Shown here: positions 1-7,801 of the stretch, piece after piece | How positions within the stretch are numbered: the first letter of the stretch is position 1 | Layout: each line of letters opens with the position of its first letter | From: an uncultured archaeon | GTDB lineage: Archaea; Thermoproteota; Nitrososphaeria_A; Caldarchaeales; Calditenuaceae | Length of the DNA stretch: 23,069 bases | Reading direction: 5' to 3' | Assembly (NCBI GenBank): GCA_938017985.1 | Contig: CALIKS010000025.1 | Span: 1 to 23,069, forward strand | Translations under genes and position numbers: made by a program | Notes under the pieces: model-generated | Told to the model about the DNA's origin: nothing | The model's input: only the letters and a program-made list of their open reading frames with translations | The model's database searches: none

Positions 1-130
1 AAAAATTGCATCATTAAGAAATAATTTACTAGTAAATTAATACCGAAATCCCACCCCCCGCATCAGCCAAAGAATTGTTTACATTTACGCGTTTAGAACA
101 GCGCCTCTAAGAATTTTTTGTCAATCTTTA

Positions 131-938
131 TTATTTTATAGGAATTTTGAGCATCACTTTGGTTTTCATGTTTGAATACTTTGCAAAAATGATGATAAGG
201 GTGAAGATGATGATTATCAGAAAATAAAAAGGAAATATAGAGTGGGCAATATTGGCTTCAACGAAGAGTAGAGTGTTTGATGCGTTTGTGGATGCATGGT
301 ATAGCGATGTGATGGATAAACTTCCTTTAGTTGAGTTGTAAAGCCATGTGTAGGAGATTGAGTATAGAATTGTGAAAATAGCGAACGAGAAAATTATGAT
401 AGTTAATCGCCATTTGGCTCTCTTTGACTGCAAAGTGTGGCCAATGCCACAACGCCCAAAATATTCCGACAATTAGGCTTGAAATAAGTGCATTGTGTTT
501 CTTCTGTAGTGCGGGTAGAGCGTAGCCTCTCCATCCTGTTTCCTCCCACATATTCATCAAGAAACTCGTAATTAGGAGCGGTGGAAACTTGATTAACCTC
601 ATCAAATCCACATGATATTTTCCTCCAGCCATAGACCACAGCAAGACTGCACAGGCTGCGAGAGTCAAAGGAACAAGGACAGCCATCAAAAACCAGAATT
701 TTGGAAAGCCCTTACGACCAAATTGGCCGAACAAATATTTCACGCCATCCTTACCAAATTCAAGTTTGGTTATCACAAGAGCTGCAATTGCTGGAGAAAC
801 TCCGCCAAAGATTACAAAAACAAATATTAGATCAGACGGAAAAGGAAACATGCTGTATGAAGCTAATACCCAGGGAGTATAGGCTAAACCGCCGATTAGC
901 AGAGCCAAGCTGAAATAATAAACAACGAACTTGTTCAA
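131..938 (-). pseudogene. CPBP (CAAX protease/Abi) family intramembrane glutamic endopeptidase, disrupted by a frameshift near 385..440
   Basis: ORF 327..938 carries CPBP motif 1 (EETGWRG) and motif 2 (FWALWH). The overlapping ORF 131..472 in another frame carries the C-terminal part, including motif 3 (HASTNA), and aligns with the C-terminus of the neighbouring paralog (FAIFTILYSISYTWLYNSTKGS vs FVFVSILFSWIYNNTGGS). Joining the two frames gives about 269 aa, the same length as the intact paralog. Confidence 0.75.
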
Positions 939-947
939 AATTATCGC

Positions 948-1757
948 CTATTTGTTTTCGTAGTTAATCCTGCTCTTATCTCGAACCATTCTTTTTGCTC
1001 CGAAGACCGCTAAGATAATTGTGGCAACAACGATTATCGAGAAGAAGTAGTAGGCAAGGCCAGTTTCTGTTTCAAAGACTGGAAAGACAACATAAGTTGA
1101 AAGGTTAAGCATTGTGTGGAAGATTAGAGTAGCTGAGATGCTGCCTCCAGTGTTATTGTATATCCAGCTGAAAAGTATTGACACAAAGACAAACAAGATA
1201 ACTGTACTAGAAAGCCTCGTAATTCCGACTTGGTACTGGGGACCTGTAAAATACATTAGGTTCAAGCGTAGATGCCAAACAGCCCATAATACTCCTAACA
1301 CGATGCTGGATAAAAGAGCGGAGTAGCGTGCTTGGAGTTGCGTAAGCGCATAACCTCTCCATCCGAATTCCTCTTGAAGGGGCCCTCCAAGAAAAAATAT
1401 GTAGATAAAATTCCAAAGAATCAGCCATGGTTGGAACAATATTTCGAGTTTAGGAGCAACTCCTTCGCTGAATGATGCTAATAAAAATGATAGGCCTGCA
1501 ATAACAGGCCAAAGCAAAATGGTGGGAATATACCAAATTTTTTTAATTCTAGGGTCAAACCCTTTCCTCAGCAATCTCTTAATCCCTTCGGTGTCCTCAT
1601 AGATATAAGTAAGTAAAAACGCAGCGACGAATGGCCCAAAAGGAGCTACGTAAAGGTTAAAACCTAACAATTTGAGTAGCCAAAAAAACCAAGACCATGC
1701 AAAAGCAATGAAGAAGAATAACAGCAAATTTCTATTATCAAACTTTCCTTGTCTCAT
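948..1757 (-). CDS. CPBP (CAAX protease/Abi) family intramembrane metalloprotease, intact paralog
   Basis: 269-aa multi-pass membrane ORF with the three CPBP motifs: EEFGWRG, LWAVWH, HTMLNL. Tandem with, and on the same strand as, the frameshifted copy. Confidence 0.8.
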   Translation of the reverse strand: MRQGKFDNRNLLLFFFIAFAWSWFFWLLKLLGFNLYVAPFGPFVAAFLLTYIYEDTEGIKRLLRKGFDPRIKKIWYIPTILLWPVIAGLSFLLASFSEGVAPKLEILFQPWLILWNFIYIFFLGGPLQEEFGWRGYALTQLQARYSALLSSIVLGVLWAVWHLRLNLMYFTGPQYQVGITRLSSTVILFVFVSILFSWIYNNTGGSISATLIFHTMLNLSTYVVFPVFETETGLAYYFFSIIVVATIILAVFGAKRMVRDKSRINYENK

Positions 1758-1965
1758 TACATAAAACCTTATTCTTAATTTCTATATACCTGCATTTTTA
1801 TGTTTTCTCTATTGTATTCGGCGAGATGATGCTTGCCAAATACGTATAAAAAATGCCGCGCGGTATCCTTACTTAGCCATTGATACAGACATTTCTTGCG
1901 CTTCGTTTCTTCGTCGTTTTTTTGATGCATGTTTATGTAAAAAATTTATGATGATGTCAGCAACC

Positions 1966-1973
1966 TTTAAATA
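1966..1973 (+). promoter_or_regulatory. Candidate archaeal TATA box (TTTAAATA) for the ECF/PRTase operon
   Basis: AACCTTTAAATAAA lies about 37-44 nt upstream of the ATG at 2010 in an AT-rich intergenic region. The same TTTAAAT core recurs upstream of the tRNA (12204) and in the CRISPR leader (22832). Confidence 0.45.
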
Positions 1974-2009
1974 AACAAAGGGAAGTCGAGGGGTCAAGGT
2001 GCTGATCTT

Positions 2010-2597
2010 ATGTCTGAACGTGCTGAGAAACCTGAGAGCATTGCTGTAGTTAAAAGGATTAGGCCTGATGCCCTAACGGGCATTGCGTATATGGCGGTTA
2101 CGTCTGCGATTACGGGTGTGGGTTTCCTCTTGACGGCTCCCATACCACTTATACCCGGAGCCATACACTGGAGGGTCCTAGCATTTCTCCCATGCCTTTT
2201 TGGCGTGATGTTCGGCCCGGTCATAGGTTTTGTCTCTGGGGCGCTCGGCAACACCCTATGGGCAATCATAGGTGGCTACTTCAACCCTGCGACACCTGTC
2301 TTTGACCTGATTGGGGTCGGCTTGACTGGGCTTATTCCTGGACTCTTCTGCAGGCCCGAGGACGCCTTGAGTAACAGGGGTAGGATAAAGGCGGCAATAA
2401 TCAGTCTCATCTCAGGAGTAGTCATGGTGCCGATAGTTGCTGTTGGCTTCGACCTCGTCGGCGTAGCTCCATTTGTTCCGGCCGTGATAATGCTGGCGCT
2501 CAGCGATCTGCCACCAATACTGATAGGCACGCCGATAGTCATGGCTGCAGTCGTACCTTCACTACTGAGGAGAAACCTTCTTAGATGGAGGCTATGA
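2010..2597 (+). CDS. Small hydrophobic membrane protein, probable substrate-capture (S) component of an ECF-type transporter
   Basis: 195 aa, about 6 predicted TM helices, Gly/Ala-rich helices. It sits immediately upstream of, and overlaps, a fused ABC ATPase and an EcfT-like gene. The family call rests on size, topology and context only. Confidence 0.6.
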   Translation: MSERAEKPESIAVVKRIRPDALTGIAYMAVTSAITGVGFLLTAPIPLIPGAIHWRVLAFLPCLFGVMFGPVIGFVSGALGNTLWAIIGGYFNPATPVFDLIGVGLTGLIPGLFCRPEDALSNRGRIKAAIISLISGVVMVPIVAVGFDLVGVAPFVPAVIMLALSDLPPILIGTPIVMAAVVPSLLRRNLLRWRL

Positions 2598-4039
2598 AGT
2601 CGTTAGAGGTCACGGGCCTTAGCTGCAGCTACGGGCAAAAATCCGTGTTGAACGACGTATCCTTTAGCTTGGAGGCTGGCAAGGTGCTGGCCGTGGTCGG
2701 GCCAAGCGGCTCAGGTAAGACGACGCTTACATACTGCATCTCGGGCATAATTCCTCATAGGATACCTGGAACTGTTAGGGGCAGCATTAAGATAGACGGC
2801 GAGGAGATGCTCGGTAGGAGTATCGAGGAGATAACTAGGCATGTCGGCTTCGTCCTTCAAAACTATGAACTCCAGATATTCGGCCTCACCGTCGAGGAGG
2901 ACATAGAGCTAAGCGCGGATAACTGCGATGATGAAATGGTCAAGCAAATTTTAGCATCCTTCGGGCTGGACGCCTACGTGAAGTACTTTGTACACGAGCT
3001 CTCGGGAGGCCTTAAGCACAGGCTGGTCATTGCCTCCACCCTGCTGAGGGATGTAAGGTACCTAGTGATGGATGACCCAGTCGCGAACCTCGACTGGAAG
3101 GGAAAGAAAACACTCGCAGAGACCATCGAGATACTGAGGGATAAAGGCAAGGGAATACTTCTCCTAGGTAAAAAGATGAGGGGCTTGGAAAACGTGATAG
3201 ACGAGGTAATCGAACTACCGGGAAGACAAGGCAGCCCTAACACTCACAGCATCAGGACAGCTTTTCCACTTCGAAGTAACCAGCCAAAAAATGATGGGCC
3301 CGCAGCATCCTTCGATGCGGTCTGGTTCAGATATTCTAGGGACTATGTTTTGAGAGATGTGAATCTCGAAGTAAGGAGGGGCGAGGTGGTCTCGGTAATG
3401 GGGCCGAACGGCTCAGGTAAGACGACGATGATGAAGCTGATGAATGGGCTCCTGAGGCCCACAAAGGGGAGGGTAGTTGTTTCCGGTTTAGACACAAGGA
3501 ATTCAAGCCCATCGAGGCTCGCTAGACATGTGGGTACCGTCTTCCAAGAATCTGAGAAATACATAGTCTTCGAGTCCGTTTGGGACGAGGCTACCTTTGG
3601 ACCAAAGAACTTGGGCATGGGGTATGAACACGTGGAGAATGCATTAGAGATGCTGGGCCTTTCAAGCAAGAGGCATGAAAACACTTACTTGCTAAGTGTG
3701 GGTGAGAAGATGAGATTGTCTATCGCCTCCGTGATAGCGATGGACCCAGAGATAGTGATAATGGATGAGCCGACGACTGGGCAGGATGAAGAGACACTAT
3801 CACAGCTAGCATCAATAATACAAGGACTAAAGTCTCATGGAAAGACTGTCGTGATAGTTACACACGACACAGATTTTGCTCTGCAGACATCTGACAGAAT
3901 CGTGATTCTAAAAGATGGCAGCGTCGTCTATGTCGGCGAGCCGTTGCCTATCTTGGAGGACTTGGATATGCTCTCCGAGTGGGACCTTGAGCCACCTTCA
4001 ATGCTGAGTGAGAAGACATGCTTACAGAGCAGCGCATAG
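2585..4039 (+). CDS. Fused double ABC ATPase (EcfA-EcfA'/CbiO-type, YkoD-like architecture)
   Basis: Two nucleotide-binding domains in one 484-aa ORF. NBD1: Walker A GPSGSGKTT, signature LSGGL, Walker B LVMDDP. NBD2: Walker A GPNGSGKTT, signature LSVGE, Walker B VIMDEP, H-loop VTHD. The likely real start is the ATG at 2594, which forms an ATGA overlap with the upstream stop. Confidence 0.9.
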   Translation: MEAMKSLEVTGLSCSYGQKSVLNDVSFSLEAGKVLAVVGPSGSGKTTLTYCISGIIPHRIPGTVRGSIKIDGEEMLGRSIEEITRHVGFVLQNYELQIFGLTVEEDIELSADNCDDEMVKQILASFGLDAYVKYFVHELSGGLKHRLVIASTLLRDVRYLVMDDPVANLDWKGKKTLAETIEILRDKGKGILLLGKKMRGLENVIDEVIELPGRQGSPNTHSIRTAFPLRSNQPKNDGPAASFDAVWFRYSRDYVLRDVNLEVRRGEVVSVMGPNGSGKTTMMKLMNGLLRPTKGRVVVSGLDTRNSSPSRLARHVGTVFQESEKYIVFESVWDEATFGPKNLGMGYEHVENALEMLGLSSKRHENTYLLSVGEKMRLSIASVIAMDPEIVIMDEPTTGQDEETLSQLASIIQGLKSHGKTVVIVTHDTDFALQTSDRIVILKDGSVVYVGEPLPILEDLDMLSEWDLEPPSMLSEKTCLQSSA

Positions 4040-4737
4040 CCTTTGACCCTAGGGTCAAGGTATTTTCCTTCATAGTGGGAGTATCCTTAGCCTTCATCTG
4101 TAATGACTTGTATGGCATCACTCTGCTGATATCATCGCTCATGGTCTTTACGCTAACTACCGGCTTTAAGGGCTCCATGCTTAGATGGTTAAAGCTGATA
4201 GGGCCGCCAGTCCTCTTCGCCTTCGTGCTCTGGACCTTTCTGGGCGAGTGGTCACTATTTCATAGGCAGAGTGGCTTCAGCATAGGTCTATCAGCATTCA
4301 TCGCGGCGAGGCTCTTCTTCATACTGCTGCTATCACTCTGCTTTGTCATCTCGATAAAGCCTGGAGAGATAATGTCAGTCATGAGATGGTTGAGAGTCCC
4401 AAAGAATGCGGGCATGGTGATCGCCCTATCCTTCAAGCACCTCTACGTCGTCTCCGAGGAATACAAGGCCGTGAAAGAAGCATTGGCGACGAAGGCCCTG
4501 GAGCTAGACCGGGGATCACTCGTCAGAAGAATTAAGAATCACGTCTATCTACTCATGCCTCTCCTTCTCAGGAGCATAGAGAACGCTGACAGATTAGTCC
4601 TGGCGATGAAGCTCCGGCCACCGTCAACCTATGGGAAAAGGCTCCGACCATTAACTACACATGACAAGCTCGCATCCTTGGGTCTCTCAGCTGCGATAAT
4701 CCTAGGGGTCCTACACTACGTCGTTAGGGCGTTGTAG
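4018..4737 (+). CDS. ecfT: ECF transporter transmembrane (T) component, EcfT/CbiQ-like
   Basis: 239-aa polytopic membrane protein directly after the ATPase (22-nt overlap). The C-terminal cytoplasmic helices resemble the EcfT coupling helices (KEALATKALELDRGS, LVLAMKLRP), with the Ala-Arg-Gly motifs weakened. Confidence 0.7.
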   Translation: MLTEQRIAFDPRVKVFSFIVGVSLAFICNDLYGITLLISSLMVFTLTTGFKGSMLRWLKLIGPPVLFAFVLWTFLGEWSLFHRQSGFSIGLSAFIAARLFFILLLSLCFVISIKPGEIMSVMRWLRVPKNAGMVIALSFKHLYVVSEEYKAVKEALATKALELDRGSLVRRIKNHVYLLMPLLLRSIENADRLVLAMKLRPPSTYGKRLRPLTTHDKLASLGLSAAIILGVLHYVVRAL

Positions 4738-4738
4738 C

Positions 4739-5341
4739 ATGTTGAGCACCATAATCAGGTACAGTGGCCAGAAGAGCTACACGGTGAGGCTTGGAAGCAT
4801 AACTAGGGAGCTCCCAATCGTAAGGGTCTCGGAAGATGTATGGATAGCGTCAGATGGAGAGGTAATTCTCGGAGATGTGGAGTTCATAGAAGCCGCGGCA
4901 GTCATGCTCGCCGATAGGATTAGAGAATATGACCCGCAAGTAGTCCTCACGGCTGAGGCCAAAGCTTTGGCGCTTGCATACGAAGTGGCGAAGCGGCTGG
5001 GACACAGAGAGATGATAGTGGCTAGGAAGTCCATAAAGGCCTACATGATGGACTACCTAGTAGAGGAGTGCTCATCCATAACGACTAGGGACAAGCAGAT
5101 TCTAGTACTGACGAGGGAGTCCGCAGAGAAATTGATTGGAAAGAGAGTCTGCATACTGGACGACGTCGTTTCGACGGGGGGAACAATCAACGCTTTGGAG
5201 AGGCTCGTAGTAAGGGCAGGCGGAATAACTGTCTGCAGGGCCGCCATTTGGCTGGAAGGCCCATGGTACTCGAGAGAGCTCCTCTACCTAGACAGACTAC
5301 CCATATTTTGTCGAGACCCTCAACAATTCTCAGAGAAATGA
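4739..5341 (+). CDS. Type I phosphoribosyltransferase (purine/adenine PRTase-like)
   Basis: Canonical PRPP-binding loop VCILDDVVSTGGT. 200 aa. The start lies 1 nt after the T-component stop, so it is the last gene of the same operon. Confidence 0.8.
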   Translation: MLSTIIRYSGQKSYTVRLGSITRELPIVRVSEDVWIASDGEVILGDVEFIEAAAVMLADRIREYDPQVVLTAEAKALALAYEVAKRLGHREMIVARKSIKAYMMDYLVEECSSITTRDKQILVLTRESAEKLIGKRVCILDDVVSTGGTINALERLVVRAGGITVCRAAIWLEGPWYSRELLYLDRLPIFCRDPQQFSEK

Positions 5342-5413
5342 CAATACAGAATGCTTGCAGACAGACTAAAACCTAAACATCTAGTTTAACAGTCGAGAAT
5401 TTCTCAGAATAAA

Positions 5414-5599
5414 TTAAACGTCAACTCCTATGGTTTTATGATTATTTTGTATGGCTTTCTTATCTGCATCATCTTCACTTATTCGTCTATTTTTCGAGTG
5501 GATAATTATGAGAGACGACCTTAAGACTTTACTTTCAATTAATCTTGATGTCTCATAGTAATGCTTTCTCGGCACCATCCAGCGTGACGATAAATTCAT
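5414..5599 (-). pseudogene. Decayed remnant of the 3' end of a zinc-type (MDR) alcohol dehydrogenase gene
   Basis: RKHYYETSRLIESKVLRSSLIIIH aligns with RRHYYEALRLIESGDLRPSLIITH of the ADH fragment at 7249..7791. DNA similarity continues past the stop codon. Relative to the other copy there is a roughly 10-nt deletion plus a 1-nt deletion that change the frame. Confidence 0.7.
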
Positions 5600-6372
5600 C
5601 GTCTTAGCCTAGCGGCCAGAATTGATGTAGATAGGCCAATCACTATTAACACGGCGCTAATCTCAGCTATGGTAACAATGTTTTGATACATGCTTTGCTT
5701 CGCAGCAATTCCCAGCAATGCCCAGATGATAACTAGGCCGTAAGCCAAGTCTCTTCTTGTAGCTACCACAAGAAGCGTAACCAGCAGTGCTATAACTATG
5801 ATCATTATGGCCCATGTCTCGGGACTTATTCCAAATCCGTCCCATCTTACAGAAACCAGCATAACGGCGACGTTCGCAATGGAGGCGATGGTTATCCAGC
5901 CCAAATATACGCTGAACGGCAAGTGGACGGCCAGCCTATCGCTTAGAGGAGCAGCCGACTTACCTATGTTGAGACGAAGATATATCGTAATCAATGTCGC
6001 CAAGAGCATGAACATAATGACGACGGAAATAGTGAGGTACTCATACTGCCAGAGAAAGAGCCAAGTAATGTTCAGTAAACAAGTTAAGACAAAAAGCCAG
6101 CTAATCTTCTCGTGATAATTCTTCTCTCTCTGGCTGGGCAGTAACTGATAGACAACGAAGACTCCCAGCAAAATGTAAATAACTCCCCAGATCGAAAAAA
6201 CATAACCTGCGGGAGTAATGAGAGTTGGATAGGCATCAGAAATCTCAGCAGTCAACTTACCACCTAGAAGCCTAGTTCCACCCGCAAGAGCGTTTATCAC
6301 TACGGTAAGAGCAAAAGCTAAAACATTCATAGACTTTAACAAGCTAGAACTACTCACTATCAAACTGGCCAT
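5596..6372 (-). CDS. Polytopic membrane protein, TspO/MBR-related (tryptophan-rich sensory protein-like)
   Basis: 258 aa, about 7 TM helices. The N-terminal signature VINALAGG...ITPAGYVFSIWGVIY is typical of the roughly 260-aa TspO/MBR-related family as I recall it. Not verified by search. Confidence 0.55.
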   Translation of the reverse strand: MASLIVSSSSLLKSMNVLAFALTVVINALAGGTRLLGGKLTAEISDAYPTLITPAGYVFSIWGVIYILLGVFVVYQLLPSQREKNYHEKISWLFVLTCLLNITWLFLWQYEYLTISVVIMFMLLATLITIYLRLNIGKSAAPLSDRLAVHLPFSVYLGWITIASIANVAVMLVSVRWDGFGISPETWAIMIIVIALLVTLLVVATRRDLAYGLVIIWALLGIAAKQSMYQNIVTIAEISAVLIVIGLSTSILAARLRR

Positions 6373-6522
6373 TTCTCATTCCTCTTTCTATATTACCATA
6401 ATAATATAAAATTTTAGTTATTTTTACATTCATTAATTAAAGAAAAGACCAATTGTTCTTAAACTTGTGAGAAGTTGAAATCCGTTTATATTCTAGAGCT
6501 TATACTAAGTAATTAGTATATA

Positions 6523-7065
6523 ATGAATCGACCTAAGGAAAAATCCATACTTACCTTCGAGTTGATTGGTATCTTGTTTATAGTTATTCTTGGAAGCCTA
6601 CTGCACTTCACCTTCGAATTGTCTGGCTACAACCTTTTGGTTGGTGCATTTTCAGCGGTTAATGAAAGCGTTTGGGAACATCTAAAGCTTAGCTACTGGC
6701 CAGCAGTAACATATGCAATCATCGAGTATAGATATCTGAAAAATAGGACGCGCAGCTTCTTCCAAGCAAAAGCCATGGGCATTTACGCGATGCCATTGGT
6801 CATCCTCACTGCATATTATACCTACACAGCGTTCATGGAGGAGAGTCTGTTATTGGATATCTCTATCTTTGTTGCCGCAGTAGTAGTCGGACAATTAATA
6901 AGCTATAAACTACTAAATTGGAGAGAAACATCAAAAACCTATGTCAAGATTTCTATTTTTGCCATTTCTTTTTTGGCTATCCTTTTCATTCTTTTCACGT
7001 ACTATCCACCCCGAATATCCATATTCCAAGACCCAGTCAGCGGAAGCTACGGAATTAAGAGATAA
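6523..7065 (+). CDS. Small integral membrane protein of unknown function (resembles the DUF6512 family)
   Basis: 180 aa, 5-6 TM helices. The N-terminal motif LHFTFELSG...AVNESVWEHLKLSYWP matches my memory of that DUF. AT-rich upstream region with TTTATATT about 30 nt before the ATG. Confidence 0.55.
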   Translation: MNRPKEKSILTFELIGILFIVILGSLLHFTFELSGYNLLVGAFSAVNESVWEHLKLSYWPAVTYAIIEYRYLKNRTRSFFQAKAMGIYAMPLVILTAYYTYTAFMEESLLLDISIFVAAVVVGQLISYKLLNWRETSKTYVKISIFAISFLAILFILFTYYPPRISIFQDPVSGSYGIKR

Positions 7066-7248
7066 GCAGAGCTACAAACATTGCCTTAAAAGACTAATAA
7101 AAAATCTACAATCATGTTAGCTTCTTTTCCTTTAAGACTTATTGGTTCAACCTCATTACCTATATAAAAACGCCGTCAAATCTGTCCTGCATTTTAGAAG
7201 ATTTAGTATAAGAGGCACAGAATCTCAGGTGTCAGATTTACTCTGAAT

Positions 7249-7791
7249 TTAGGGCTTAACGATTATTTTTATCGTAGTTCTTTTCTGCGCTGTGTTCATG
7301 GCCTCGCCTATTTTTTCGAGTGGATACGCGTGGGTAATTATGAGAGACGGTCTGAGGTCTCCACTCTCAATCAGTCTTAAAGCCTCATAGTAGTGCCTTC
7401 TTAGCCCATCTGTGCTTCCCATCATTGTTATTTCATTGTAATGAATCTTGTTAGGATTGATGGACATCTCATACTCGGGGTGGGCGCCGGCGAAGACGTT
7501 GATGCGGCCGCCCCTAGAGACGATTTTCAGCGCGCTCGACATGGCGTCCATGTTATTTATTGCGAGGATGAATGCGTCAGCTCCGTAACCATCCGTGCCC
7601 CTCATGACGACCTCGTAAGGATCTGTCTCAAGAGAGTTTATGACTAGGTGCGCCCCTAGTCTTCTTGCCATTTCGAGCCTCTCTTCATGATGCCCGACCA
7701 CAATTACCCTCGATCCAATTCTTCTCACGACCTGAAGGTTCAGAAGGCCCATGGGACCGTCGCCTATGATAACAACAGTATCGGTCTTGCT
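7249..7791 (-). pseudogene. 5'-truncated zinc-type (MDR) alcohol/polyol dehydrogenase; only the Rossmann and C-terminal half remains
   Basis: The ORF track starts at MGLLNLQ, but the frame stays open upstream to SKTDTVVIIGDGPMGLL (the GxGxxG dinucleotide fold) and then hits a stop at 7792..7794. The roughly 150-aa N-terminal catalytic (GroES-like, zinc-binding) domain is absent. Confidence 0.75.
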
Positions 7792-7801
7792 TCAAGCCTA
7801 G

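Noticed and set aside
72-96. AATTGTTT...CGCGTTTAG at 74..96 resembles AATTGTTTCGCGTTAG at 13146..13161 in the csa3 upstream region.
   Set aside because: The match is only an 8-mer plus a gapped 8-9-mer in AT-rich sequence, within chance expectation, and there is no functional context at the left site.
403-913. ORF-track entries 403..639(-), 612..830(+), 701..913(+) overlapping the CPBP pseudogene. The same applies to 1114..1326(+) and 1207..1428(-) inside the intact CPBP gene.
   Set aside because: They lie in alternative frames or antisense to ORFs with clear family motifs. Their products are low-complexity, have no motifs and no plausible start context.
1948-2004. C/D-box sRNA-like elements: ATGATGA at 1948..1954 and CTGA at about 2001..2004, roughly 54 nt apart.
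   Set aside because: No internal D' (CTGA) or C' (TGATGA) boxes at the expected spacing and no terminal stem. The span also overlaps the putative TATA box and the mRNA start of the ECF operon.
1994-5247. Antisense ORFs within the ECF/PRTase operon: 1994..2269, 2276..2542, 2974..3243, 3343..3684, 3948..4178, 4777..5034, 5053..5247.
   Set aside because: These are typical shadow ORFs of G+C-rich coding sequence, rich in Ser/Pro/Thr/Arg, and each lies fully inside a gene with strong motifs on the other strand.
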